Shown here in pieces: positions 36,054 to 48,970 of a stretch of 64,000 nucleotides of DNA; positions within the stretch are counted from its first letter, which is position 1, and every line of letters begins with the position of its first letter. The notes under the pieces are model-generated. The model made no database searches and was not told the origin of the DNA. It saw only the letters and a program-made list of their open reading frames with translations. Source of the stretch: Octopus sinensis (Eukaryota); the NCBI RefSeq assembly GCF_006345805.1, contig NC_043009.1, positions 25,668,001 to 25,732,000 on the forward strand, read 5' to 3'. The position numbers and the translations under genes are program-made.

Positions 36054-39000
36054 AACTGACCACACATTCCTTTGTCTTCTTTTCTTTTTTAATTATTTTC
36101 TCTTAATGACTGTCAATGAGTTTGTTGTGTGGTTAAAGAAGGTTGGTTCCCAGCCACGTGGTTTCAGGTTCAGTTCTTTTGTATGGCACCTTTCTTTGTG
36201 AGTGTGTGTATGTGTGTGTGTTTGCCACTTTATTTTGACATTGTTTTAATGATTGTCATTGCCATATAAGCAGCATTGTTTGTTTCCAATATTCTGTGAA
36301 AAACACGTCTGGCCATAGGGAAATATTACCTTGATTGGAAACAGGTGAGGTTTGGGAACAGGAAGGGCATCGTCATCATTTAACATCTGTTGTCCATACT
36401 GGCATGGGTTGGACAGTTTGACCAGGGCTGGTAAGCTGGAAGGCTGCACCAGACTCCATTCTGATTTGGCATGGTTTTCTATGACTGGATGCCCTTCCTA
36501 ACGTCAACCACTCTGAGAGTGTAACAGGTGCTTTTACGTGCCAGTTTCTGCTATGACTGCAATATTGCTTGGCGTGATGGGTCTTTTCAAGCATGACATA
36601 AAGACAAAGGTCTCAGTCATTGCTTCTGTGAGGCCCAACTCTTGAAAGGAACTCAGCCACTTTGCCTCCCCGAAGTAGATGTTAAAATGATGATAATGAT
36701 TGTCCACCGAGTTTGTCATGGAATTAAGAAGTTTACTTCCCAGTCACATGGTGTCAGGTTCAGTCCTCATCTGTAGAATCTTAGGCAAGTGTCTTCTTTA
36801 GCCCCAGGCTAGCCCAAGCCTTGTGAGTGGATTTGGTAGATGGAAACTGAAAGAAGTACATTGTATGTGTGTGTTTCTTGTTGGTATTGTATGATAATTG
36901 TAAAATGAATATCCTATTCTACTCTAGACACAAGGCCTGAAATTTTTGGGGCGGGGGCCAGTCGATTAGATCGACCCCAGTATGCAACTGGTACTTAATT
37001 TATCAACCCCGAAAGGATGACATGCAAGTCGACCTCGGTGGAATTTGAACTCGAAATGTAAAGACTGATGAAATACCACTAAGTATTTCGCCTGGCATGC
37101 TAACGTTTCTGTCAGCTCACAGCTGAGTGTCACTGTCACACAGATGGCATCATTTGTTTCCAACTTTCCATGAAAACATGTCCAGTCATAGCAAAATATT
37201 TCTATGCTGGAAAACAGGTGGGGGTTGATGACAAGGAGGACATCCAGCCCTTAACCCTTAACAAAATATTTTAATGATTTTTTAAAATATAATTCCTAGT
37301 AATATTTAATTAAAGAAGTATAAGATTTTTAAAAACATCAAATGGTAATAGGAGTTCCATCTGAGTAAAATAAGAATCAAAAGGGTTCATAAGGAACAAA
37401 ATGGTTTAGAACACTGCCCTACATTAAAGTATAACAATAATATCTTACCTGTGAACCAATCTGTTCAAATAGAGCCTTCAAGATTGCTCCAGCATGGCTG
37501 CAGTCCAATGATTGAAATAAGTAAAAGACAAATACAAAGCCTAACAGATACGTCTTTAGAAGAATCTCTGGCACTACCATTTGCAGTATTTGTTCCAGCT
37601 CTTCACATTCTGAGTTCAAATCCCACTGGGGTCAACTCTGCTTTTCACCTTTCCAGGGTTGATAAAATAAGTAGATGGCGATAGATTAGTCGTGTCTTTA
37701 CTGGTCTAAAAACTATACTGCTGTATTGAAGTGGGCATTATAACAATTCGACATTAAGGATTGCAACACTGGATTGGGGTTGACAGTAACAACTAATGCT
37801 CTCCTCTCAGAGGAAAAACCATACTGGACTAAGACAAATTGAAAACCTGGATAAGGAACCTGTGTCTCTTGATATGTCTGGGAACAGAACAGAAAAGGTA
37901 GGATCTAAAAATAAAACTGTTAGGATAACAAAACGTAATTACTGTGTTGAGTCTAAAGATTCGAAGGACTGATTACAATGTTCCCCTGGATAGGATGCCT
38001 GTCCATCACAGAGTTACTTACGTACAGTTGAGTGAACTGGAGCAATGTGAAATGTAAAGTGTTTTGCTCAAGAACACAACAGGTGCTTGCTACTGATGAA
38101 GATGCAAAAATACTTATTTAGCAATGCTACTATTACAGCTGATGGATGAGTTTCATCTGTTGGTGATATATTTCTGTGTGTTTTTAACACAATACATCTA
38201 TAAAAGAGATGCTTTTTCAAGACAGTTCAATTTCACTGGCTGTCACAGATATATCTAGGTATGATATATAGATTGCTATTTTGAACTAATACTGCTGGAT
38301 CTTTTTGCTTTGACTGGCAGATTTAAAAAATAATTTCTTTGTAACTAAACACTTTTAAACTTCATATACTAGTAGAATGTGTTTATAAAACATCTTTTTC
38401 TCTTGGCTTTCTTGAGAAAATTCTGTAGTTCGTAAGCTATTTGTTGTTTAATTTCTTGCATTTCAGCAATTTCAACCAATCAATGACGTCTATTAAGAAG
38501 GGCAAAGAGACAATTGGAGCCTGGTGCAGCCCTCCAGCTCCTATCAAGCCATCCAACCCATGCTAACATGGAAAAACGGATGTTAAATGATGATGATGAA
38601 TTTGTCCTGGGTATTTTTTTCTCAAGCCCTAGGGCTTGCAAGGCCTGTTACCCAGTTTTCATGGCCTGTAAGTGACTGAGATTTCTCCGAAGGGCTGAAA
38701 AGCAAAGTTGAACTCAGCAAGATTTGAACACAGAATGTAAAGAGCAAGAAGAACAAAATGCTGTCGAGCATTTTGTTCAATGTTCTTATGATTTTGCCAC
38801 CTTGCTGTACAACCACATGATTTCAGGGTCAGTTCTATTGAGCGGCAACTTGGGCAAGTGCCTTCCACCATGACTTTGGTCCAATCAAAGCTTTCTGAGT
38901 AGATTTGGTAGATAGAAACTGGAAAAAAAGCCTGTTGTGTCATCATCATCATCATTTAACGTCCATATTCCATGCTGCCATGGGTTGGATGGTTTGACAA

Positions 39001-39538
39001 GGATCCAAAGAGTCAAGAACTACATCTTATTCCAGAGTCTCCTTTGGCCTGGTTTCTATGGCTGGATGCCCTTCTTAATGCCAACCACTTTACATTGTGT
39101 ACTGGGTGCCTATTGTGCTATCAGCAAGGCACAGGGGTAGCTGTGTGGTAAGTAGCTTGCTTACCAACCACATGGTTCTGGATTCAGCCCCACTGTGTGG
39201 CACTTTGAGCAAGAGTTTCTACTATAGCCTCGAGCTGACCAAAACTTTGTGAGTGGATTCGGTAGACGGAAACTGAAAGAAGCCTGTTGTATATATATAT
39301 ATGTATATATATGGTCGTTGCCAGCATCGCCTGACTGGCTCCTGTACAGGTGGCACATGTAAAGCACCAATTGAGTTTGGTCGATGCTAGTATCGCCTGA
39401 CTGGACCTCGTGCTGGTGGCATGTTAAAACACCCACTATGCTTTCGGAGTAGTTGGTGTTAGGAAGGGCATCAAGCTGCAGAAACTTTGCCAGATCAGAT
39501 TGGGACCTGGTGCAGCTTTCTGGAATATTTTGCTGCTG

Positions 39539-39585
<47 letters not shown>

Positions 39586-39746
39586 TATATATATATAGTA
39601 AAAACTGTCCGACGAATGGGAATGTGAAACTCAGAGTAACAGGTTTTGTTGAATTTTCTGCTGCTTTTAAATAAAGCATATTACTCTACCACTGGTATTT
39701 GAGTACTCTTTTTTCCAGCTTGTTTCACATTTATGTGTTTACTCCG

Positions 39747-39778
<32 letters not shown>

Positions 39779-40999
39779 ATATATATGTATGTATATATAT
39801 ATGTATATATATCATCATCATCGTTTAACGTCCGCTTTATATGTATATATGCATACATCTGTGCTGGTGGCACATAAAAAGCACCATCTGAACGTGGCTG
39901 ATGCCAGTGCCTACTCAACTGGCTTCTGGGCCGGTGGCACATAAAAAGCACCCACTACACTCGCGGAGTGGTTGGCGTTAGGTAGGGCATCCAGCTGTAG
40001 AACCACTGCTAGATCAGACTGGAGCCTGGTGCAGCCACCTGGCTTCCCAGACCCAGGTCGAACCGTTCAACCCATGCTAGCGCGGAAAACGGACGTTAAA
40101 CGATGGTGATGATGATTATCATCATCATCAGTACTCTTTTACTCATTTTAGCCATATGGCTGTGGACATGCTGGAGCACCATCATGGCAGTTCATATATT
40201 CGAAAGAGAACCACACTTTAAAACATTAGAGGAGTAATATATTTGTTAGGAAGTTGAAAGTAATGGCTGGTCATAGAGTGACCATTGGTTTTTGCACCTA
40301 AAAAGTGGTCAGTAGCATAGGTGACTCATCAGATGCAAATGGCTGAAAGTGCATAACCTCTCTCATCAGCCATTTGAGTTTGACAAATGGTCACTCTATG
40401 ACTGACCATAACAATTAACTTCCTAATATACATTCTTCTCTTTTACTTGTTTCAGTCATTTGACTGTGGCTATGCTGGAGCACAGCCTTTAATCAAGCAA
40501 ATCGACCCCAGGACTTAATCTTTGTAAGCTTAGTACTTATTCTATCAGACTCTTTTGCTGAACCGCTAAGTTACGGGGACGTAAACACACCAGCATCGGT
40601 TATCAAGCGATGTTGGGGGAGGACAAACATATACACACACACATATATATATACATATATATACAGTTTCCGTCTACCAGATCTACCCACAAGGCTTTGG
40701 TCGGCCTGAGGCTATGGTAGAAGACACTTGCCCAAGGTGCCACGCAGTGGGACTGAACTCGGAACCATGTGGTTGGTAAGCAAGCTACTTAGCACACAAC
40801 CACTCCTACGGTGACGATTTATATGTAAATACATATATATTCAATATACATACTACTAGCTACTAAATTATTTCTCAAGACATGTTTATATATGTATGTC
40901 TCTGTCTGTCTTTCTTTGTACATACATAAATACATGCATGCACACACATATATATTTGTGTGAGTACCTGTTGCTTCGAAGACCGAATTTCCTAACGGA

Positions 41000-41209
41000 C
41001 CAACAATAAATGTACAGTCTACACGTGGAAAGAACAAGAGGAGAAGAAGGAGGAAGAGGCGTGATTGCGGAGGAAAACGCCGAGCTGAACGCATCCACAT
41101 CACCATCACAACCATCAACAACAACAACAAAATAAATAGCACAAATTCATAAAAATAGATATCAAAAACCGAAACAAAAAGAAAAGCAGGGGAAGTCCAC
41201 TGCGTCAAA
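41000..41209 (+). promoter_or_regulatory. Probable promoter-proximal non-coding first exon of the unidentified gene (start approximate)
   Basis: CpG-rich, purine-rich 5'UTR-like sequence ending in donor caaa|gtgagt at 41210. Confidence 0.4.
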
Positions 41210-41653
41210 GTGAGTCGTGTTGAAAGTTACAACAGCATGCTTGTCAAGGGCCGTAACTCTGAACAACTAATAATGTACATTAAATGTTATGTCTTATAAA
41301 TATCATTGTGGTATATAAATATATATATTTATCTTGCTGACAGTTGTTGTTTTCCACTGCCAGATATAAATATACATGTATAGGTACATATAGATGGATG
41401 TCTAAATACACCGAAAGTTGCTTATCTCGCTTTTCGAAAAGTTAAAACTGTTTATTTTTTTCATTATTATTATCCGTCCCCCTTCTATTAATCACTTTGA
41501 AACAAACACCTTGGTAAATAATATATTTGTGGACAGTTACATTGGCTCATAATACATAGTTATTATGTGTTATTTGTTACCGTTGGTATCATTAGTATCT
41601 ACTGGTATTATTATTTTAGCTGTTTACGTTTTACTGTCATCAAAAACAACGTC

Positions 41654-41824
41654 ATGGATTCTACTTATTCTACCGATAATTGCCTCACAAACGACAACCA
41701 ATTTGAAATACCTTCTTCATTGCCTGATATGCCAAAAAAAGTCCCAGCTACCAATACTACAGACAGCGATTCCGATTTGCAGTATGAAGACTGCCAAGCT
41801 TTCCTTTTGCCATCGGCATTTGTG
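41654..41824 (+). CDS. Probable first coding exon of an unidentified gene
   Basis: Acceptor ttattttag|41620, ATG in the context aacgtcATGG, open frame MDSTYSTDNCLTNDNQFEIPSSLPDMPKKVPATNTTDSDSDLQYEDCQAFLLPSAFV, donor gtaata (phase 0). Sequence is non-repetitive and in a CpG-retaining zone. Confidence 0.55.
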
Positions 41825-42383
41825 GTAATATATATATAGATATATACATGTTTTTTTGTTCATACCTTTATATGGGTTGCTGTTTGTTTGTTTGTAAATT
41901 CCTTGTTCCCGTTCATTATAAGCGTGCTTTTGGTACGTACAATGCATGTTGTTATGAGTTGCATTACAATTTCTGTTTTCCTCTTCGTGTGTTTAACTTT
42001 TTAAACTTGTAATAAGTTGCATATATTATTTACACACACACACACACACACACGCTTACATACACACATTATATGTGTATATATAGCCACCACTTGTGTG
42101 TGAAATATCTATCGTACATGAACGGCTAAGATTTTCATATAATTGGTAATAAATATTATATAGACTAAAGCACTTATTCATGGGTGAATACAATGCTTAA
42201 TATACACACATGCACGATATATATGTATGTTTATTTAAAAATTAGGCTGTAAAAAGCTATGTTGTATACATAGCTTAGTTATTTCTTTAAACATTATCTT
42301 TATTTCAAAGCTGTTAATTTAACCCGTGCAAGAATATTTCCAAAATATCTAACGTTTTTATTTTTCGTCTCTCATACCCAAAG

Positions 42384-42435
42384 GTACCACAGATAAGTTT
42401 GCAAGACTCAGTATCTTACGAGAGTACATTGCCAG
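42384..42435 (+). CDS. Probable second coding exon of the same unidentified gene
   Basis: Polypyrimidine tract plus cccaaag|; VPQISLQDSVSYESTLP in phase 0, continuing the previous exon; strong donor CAG|gtaagg. Confidence 0.55.
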
Positions 42436-44681
42436 GTAAGGAATTTCTCATACTACCCTCGTCTCCACTAAAATTAATTCCCTCTCGACATCCTTCGCTT
42501 TCTCAGCAACAACTTGTAAACATCATTCAACCTTCACCTCTGATGTTTGTTTATTTGAAATCCCGCCGAGGTCAACTCTTAACTTTCATTCCTTCAGGGT
42601 CAATAAAATAAAGTAGCAGTCAAGTACTGATCCTTTGCCCTCGGAAGTGCTGGCCTTATGTCTAAATCATAAACAAGACAGAATAGTTTTATTATATACG
42701 ATTGAGGTTTCAAATATTTTTCTCTGCATCCTTCCTTCCTTTCGTTGTCTGTCAGGCTGTCTCTCTCTTTCTCGGCTCCTTGCCAGCTTTCTGTTTCTCT
42801 CTCTTTTTCTCACCCTCACCGCACTCATACATGCACACGCACAAACGTGCGTACAAGCTAGCACGCACGTGTGTTCATACCGAAGCGTCAGGCACTCGTA
42901 TCTCAGGTGTCACATTGCAACAACCAAGGTTCACATTGCGCTAGACTTTACCGTATGCGTATGTTTGTATGCAAAATTCTCCCGTGGGATATTTTCCCTT
43001 CATTCCTATTATTAAAAACTTGTATACGTGTACGCACAATGTATTTTGAGTAGAGCTTTTAGTTTGTTTATCGATATTTTTTATGCCATTAGGACGGTGG
43101 TTTGGCAGAAAAACGGTAGAGCGTCGTACAAAGTGCCTCGTATTATTTAGCTAGATGCTTACATATTCTGAGTTCAAAGCCTTTCGTTCTTGTGGATAGA
43201 ATTTTAGAACAGCATAAAGTATGGTGTCCTGAAGACCCGTACCTCATGCAGAGAAAAGGGTACGGGAGTAGAGGCAAAATGTTCGACAATTTCAAATTTT
43301 TGAAAACGAATTTTTGTTTTGAATAGATAATTTTTTAAAGTTGCCACTTTTAAATCATGAGTTTGTAAACAATTACCATGCATTAAAAATACGACATAGC
43401 CGATAATTCTGCAGTGCAATAAAGAAAAAGAGAACAGAAATAAATAACACTCTTGCTGTTTTTCTATCTGCAACATCTGACAGGTTTGCTACAGTGTCAG
43501 GAGGTTCAAAAGAATTGTTGCAATTTGCAATGATTCAATGAAAAGGAATATATTTTACAAAAGATAAAAAAAACATGCAACACTGAGTGCCTCAATTGGT
43601 TGCACACCACAGGATTCAATGGAACTTACAGAAGCAAACCAACATGCCTGCTGCACAGGTGATGGTGAGGCTAAGGCATTGAAAAAGCCAAGCACCCTTA
43701 CGGACATCACCTGCCATTTTGGTAGGGCAAGCTACTAATGATGACAAGAACTTTGCTGTTAGTGGTCTAACACCTCCAAATGCCCCAAGCTGGAAAAGAT
43801 AATCCACTAGAATCCCAATTCCAGTTGTAGAAAACAGAAGAATACTAAAAATGAACCCTTTACCAGTCAGATTCCTGTGACATTTGATATTTATTTATTC
43901 ACATTATTTTGAATTGATTATGCATCATCTTGTAGCTTTCAGATTTCAATGATGGGATTGTATATTTTTAGAATGACATTGTAGGGTAGGTGTGAGAGGT
44001 CCGCTTGGACATAAACCAGGTAGAATATTTGGGCTGGAAACGGCCAGTTTAAATGCTAAAGAGTTAAAGAACAAACTACTTTTTCTTTTCCTTTGAGGTC
44101 TGGGGCTTTGAGGCACATCTATTCCAGACCATTTTGGATACTGTAGTTGATTTGGTTGGCTCTATCCAGTGACTCCCCAATTCACCACTCCATTTGAATC
44201 TCTTGCTACTGTAATGACCTCTGCTTCTTGGAGAAATCTGGACTGATATCACCTCCATTCAAGCACTCCTGATCCCATGTCATCCCCTGCTCTCATCTCC
44301 CCTTCTGTCATTACCCTTCTTGTGTCCAGTATACTGAGTTCTTCCTCTCCTGTCCTGAGCATCAGCCCCTCTGTTCATGTCATTCCCACAGATGTTGACT
44401 TGCAATGGCTCACAAAGAATGTTATCCAAATCAATCCCACTGGTCTTGGAGGAATTCCAGACCCCCCCCCCCAAAAAAAAAGTAAATCACTCAAAATGAA
44501 CCATTTCTCATGCCATTCTCGTGAATGTTTCATGGATTGCTGTGGTGATATTTCTAGATGTGTTTACCTTTTATTCCCCTCCTCTTACCTAACTCAAAAG
44601 GGTCTATAACTCTGTGTCTTAAAATATTTACAGGGCAAAAAGAAATCCCCTCAGGTCAATCTTGACTGAGTGGACTTATGA

Positions 44682-44910
44682 TTTACCCTTTAGCATTGAG
44701 ATTACTCTGTCAAATGCAATTCTTATCTATTCATATTGTTTTGAATTAATCATAAATTATCTCATACCTTTGAAATTTCAATGATGTGATTCTTTATTTT
44801 TAGAATGGCATTGTAGGATAGGTATGACAGGCCAGACCTAGCTAGTTTCAACATAAAACAGGTAGAATATTTGGATCAGATGGGGTCGGTTTAAATGCTA
44901 AACGGTCAAA
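44682..44910. mobile_element. Second TTAA-ended MITE family (representative copy)
   Basis: TIR ccctttagcatt. Other copies at about 16608-17160 (split by an RTE fragment), 21040-21262, 21259-21815, 22670-22900, 23248-23460, 43855-44068 and 52060-52340. Confidence 0.65.
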
Positions 44911-45208
44911 GGTTTCTGTAACCATGCCAAACTAAGTAAAACCGCTGTCTTCCACTCATACAGGCTTGTCCTTTCAGGTGCAGGTGCCACTTAAAAAGCA
45001 CCCTTACTGGTGCTCCATTAGTGCACCTGTACTGGTGCTGTGTAAACACACCCGTGCCGGTGGCATGGAGAAAGCACCCAACACACACTCTGTTAAGTGG
45101 TTGGCATTAGGAAGAGCCATGCCATAGATACCATGCCACAACAGCTGGAGTCTAGACAGCTCCATGTCAAACCGTCCAACCCATATCAGCAGGAAAAGTG
45201 GATGTTAA

Positions 45209-45422
45209 CCCTTTCGTTACCAACCTGGCTGAAACTGGCTCTGAGTATAAATTTCTTGTTTTCATAAGTTTTGAATTAAAATCTTCCACCAAACTTTGTC
45301 ACAATTTATGCTCCTAACACTAGCTGAATGGTAACTAAATTATTTTACTAAATTCTTTGTTATATTTAAAGTAATTGAAAGAAACACAGAGCATCTCAAA
45401 ATAAATACAGTAATGAAAAGGG
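45209..45422. mobile_element. piggyBac-like MITE with TTAA TSD, inserted in an RTE-type tail
   Basis: TTAA|CCCTTTCGTTAC ... GTAATGAAAAGGG|TTAA; splits the motif ggatgTTAAatgatgatg. Related fragments at about 690-1160 and 16360-16480. Confidence 0.75.
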
Positions 45423-45957
45423 TTAAATGATGATGATTCTACCTTTTTCCAGGGAACCAAAGACATTATCCAGCATGTCCATCTTTTTGTAGAGTAGGGT
45501 ATGTTTCGAGGGAGATTAGGGTCCTATTTCTAGCAGTTTTGAACAATCATTTAGAGGCTCTGACATTGTCTTGAATGAACACGGTGTTTAGTGCAAGACT
45601 TCGATATAGGGCATCATAGTGATGTTAAGAGGATGAGAGATAGGTGAATCTAAAGAATTCCTCTCAACACATGGCTATGATGCTCCCCAACTACTCCTGC
45701 TCGTGATCAGAGATGGACACATAGTCGGCCACCGAGGGGCATGCTCAACTGGTTAAGGTCAACCAACTGACAAGCAAATCTGTGGTATTGAGCAGAATAT
45801 TTGCTGTTGCCCATCATTTATACCAAGACAAAAGAATGTACATGATAACACTTCTATTCAGTTAAGATCATATGGATGTGTGTGTGTGTGTATAGATGTA
45901 TGTATGTATGTGTGCATATATGCATGTTTCTATGTATGTTTGTATTTGTGTGTGTAT

Positions 45958-46592
45958 ATCATCATCATCATCGTTTAACGTCTGCTTTCCATGCTGGCAT
46001 GGGTTGGACGGTTTGACTGAGGACTGGTGAACCAGTTGGCTGTACCAGGCTCCAGTCTCATCTGGCAGAGTTTCTACAGCTGGATGTCCTTCCTAACGCC
46101 AACCACTCCGAGAGTGTATTGGGTGCTTTTATGTGCCACCGGCACTAGGGCCAGTCAGGTGGTACTGGCAATGGCCACGCTCAAATGGTGTTTTTTACAT
46201 GCCACCTGCACAGGAGCCAGTCCAGCAGCGCTGGCAATAACTTTGCTCAAATATTTGTTCACATGCCACCGGCACAAGTGCCAGTATGGTGACACTGGTA
46301 ACGATCACTCTCGAATGGTGCTTTTTACGTACCACCGGCATGGAAGCCAGTTAGCCGCTCTGGCAACGATCACGCTTGGATGGTGCTCTTAGCGTTCCAC
46401 TAGCATGGATGCCAGTCATCGAATTTGATTTTGATTTCGATTTCACTTGCCTCAACAGGTCTTCACAAGCAGTATTTAGTGTCAAATGAAGGAAAGGTAT
46501 GCATAAGTAGGCTGGTTACACCTCTGTCATAGGCCATGGGTTATGGTCTCACTTGGCTTGCCGGGTCTTCTCAAGCACAGCATATTTCCATA
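45958..46592 (-). mobile_element. 5'-truncated RTE-clade LINE 3' end
   Basis: Minus strand encodes ..KYAVLEKTRQAK*, then a 3'UTR with tandem degenerate units of about 60-70 bp, the conserved ccaacccatgccagcatggaaag end and a (GAT)n tail. Confidence 0.7.
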
Positions 46593-46792
46593 GGAAACAG
46601 AAGACAGTGGGATAGTCAAAAGGTTAGGAATGGATTTGGTAGACAGTACCTGAAAGAAGCCCATTGTATAGCTGTTTGTGTGTGTGAGTTCTTTATGTTA
46701 ACTGGTTTGTAAACAATGGTTTCCTGAGAGTGTCTCATTTGCTTACACTCTACCACGAAAGCATGTCCGGGCTTCTTGACATGTCCTGCAAT

Positions 46793-47551
46793 CAGGGCCA
46801 GATTGAGACCCATAGAGACCCTAAATGCTTAAAAGATTTCGGTGCCCCCATATATATGTAATCCAAAATATAAACAATAATAAGCCATAAAATATATTTT
46901 TACTTTTCAAATGAAAGAAAGCTAAAAGTAAGATGGAATATATATAGATATTTCCACTTTATTACCTCTGCCTTATCGAAAGCAGAGGTATTTTTTACAG
47001 TCGTGTTTGCTTGTTTGTGGACAATATATCTCAAGAACTGCTGAAACTTTCAGGGATGTTTGGCCTCTTGACTGGCATGAACTGATTAGATTTTGGGATT
47101 GATCCGTTACTGGACAAGGTTTCTGGATTATTTTTCCTGTTTTTTAACTTAATTTTTGAGAGAGGTTGGATTCATTTTTAGTTTGTGAGAGCAGTCGAAT
47201 TTATTTCAGATATTCTCATTTTAAAAATCATCTCCGGCTAATCTTTGAGAGGACGTTGGTGTTGCCTTGGCGGAGGTCTGTGCTCTCTGAGTTCTCTTGT
47301 TTATATTTGGAAAAGTTTTCTCCTACATTTTTTTCTTTAATTGCAAAATCTTTGATCAGATCCTTACAATGACACCATGAACACTTTGAAATTACATTTC
47401 TGATCATACAAGCCACTTTAAATATCATTTTAGCAAGTTCAAAGTGATTTCTTTTGTGTCGTAAACCATTTACCATTTCTTTGGTGCCCCCAACTTTCCC
47501 CTTGATGTCCCAAGCATGTGTTTATTTTGCTTAATGGTTAATCCAGCACTG
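46793..47551 (+). mobile_element. hAT-like MITE, same family as 24085-24504, interrupted by a nested element
   Basis: cagggccagattg ... ggttaatccagcactg; both ends align by eye with the reverse complement of the 24-kb copy. Confidence 0.7.
46960..47300 (+). mobile_element. Helentron/HINE-like non-autonomous element nested in a hAT MITE
   Basis: Sub-terminal ttacctctgcctt near the 5' end, (GTTT)-like repeat, and an inverted partner ccttggcggaggt near the 3' end, followed by ctctgag..cttgtt. Confidence 0.55.
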
Positions 47552-47746
47552 GTCTACAATCTTTAAACAAGAAGTTCACCCGTATGGTATTGTTTGTTTC
47601 CTGTTCTCCACATAAAAACATGTCCAGGTTGTTTGTTGTTCAATAGACTGAGAGATTATTATTTCACTTGGAAACAAGTAGGAGCTGGTGACAAGAAGGA
47701 GCCCTGACAGTGAAAAAAAAAAGCAAACTCACTCTGTTTCAATGTA

Positions 47747-48970
47747 TTAGGTTGGCAATTAAGTTCCTGCCGTATTTTAAATTAAAATTTTAAAAAATGT
47801 TTAATAAATAATAACAACTAATTAATAATGCATTCACCCTTGTTGTTTACAACTTTTTCCCAATGTTCAACAAGATTTTCAATATCTCATTGGTAGAAAT
47901 CGCTTGATTTTGACTCGAAAAATTGATCCAACCAAGCTCTCAATTCTACATCAGTATTGAACGAAACTCCGCGTATAGCATTTGAAAGAGATCGAAAGAG
48001 GTGTAAATCCATTGATGCCAAATCAGGAGAGTACGGCGGGTGTGGCAGCACTTCCCAGCCATGCATTTGAATGGCTTCCTTGGTCATCTTGGTGATATGA
48101 GGGTGGGCATTGTCATGCAGCAGAACTCCATGCTGCCAATTAGGTCTTTTCTCTTGAATAGCCATGTTGAGTCATTCCATCTGTTGAACATAGAATTCCA
48201 CATTGACCGTTGGTTCCATTCAAGCAATTTGTAATGGATAATCCCTTCCCAGTCCCACCATATGCACAACATCATTTTACGTGGATGAAGATATTGTTTC
48301 ATGTGCAGTGTTGCTTGTTTACCAGGGCTAAGCCGTTCCTTACGCTGCTTCATATTGATGTACAGGTGCGATTTTTCGTTGCCAGTAACGATTCGGTGTC
48401 CATGAGTTGAGTGGTGACGAGTAAGCAAACAAGCTGTGATTGTGGCTCATTGATTTTTGTTGTTGTCACTTAAAGCATGCAGAACCCATGATCCATACTT
48501 CTGAACCTTTCCCATTGAGTGAAGATGCTTCTCTATAGCAGTGTTGGAGCATTCCATTTTCTCTGCCAGTTCCCTTGTCGTTTGACGAGAATTTTCGTGC
48601 ATAAGTTGGTTTAGTCACTCTGCATCGAACTCAACTGGATGGCCTGAACATTTCCATTTTTGATCTTGGCATACCAGTCACAAGCAGTTCTTTCAGCTAT
48701 GGCACCCTTTCCATACAAAGCACAAATGTTGCAAGCAGCTTTTGCGGCCTTAGAACCTTGATTAAAAGCAAAAAGGAAGTGTTGAAAATGCTCGTTTTTC
48801 TTAACTTGACATTCCATTTTAATAATCTGAAAATAAACAAAAATTAACTAAAATTAACTAGAATAAAAAAACAAAACAAAATAGATTCCAAAATGATTCA
48901 AAAATAGAATTCTTGAAAAAAATTGATTCCAAAATTTAAAAAAACGATGGGAACTTAGTTGCCAACCCAA
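47747..48970 (-). mobile_element. Full-length defective mariner (DD34D) transposon
   Basis: TIRs ttaggttggcaattaagttcc / ttgggttggcaactaagttcc (reverse complement) with TA on both sides (47745-46, 48971-72). Broken transposase from ATG 48817 to about 47820 shows WVLHAL (WVPHEL-like), IVTGNEK (first D changed to N) and HDNAHPH-34aa-D with HPPYSPDLA, plus frameshifts and stops. Confidence 0.95.

Noticed and set aside
37796-37972. 58-aa ORF containing an apparent 87-nt phase-0 exon (37811-37897, RKNHTGLRQIENLDKEPVSLDMSGNRTEK)
   Set aside because: It lies after the ALG8 stop, is phase-incompatible with ALG8 exon 12, has no recognisable homology and no upstream partner exon.
43440-44620. Two complex non-repetitive stretches (43440-43850 and 44090-44620) with 60-110 aa ORFs
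   Set aside because: No consistent splice sites or recognisable motifs in any frame; they are probably decayed transposon sequence but cannot be assigned.
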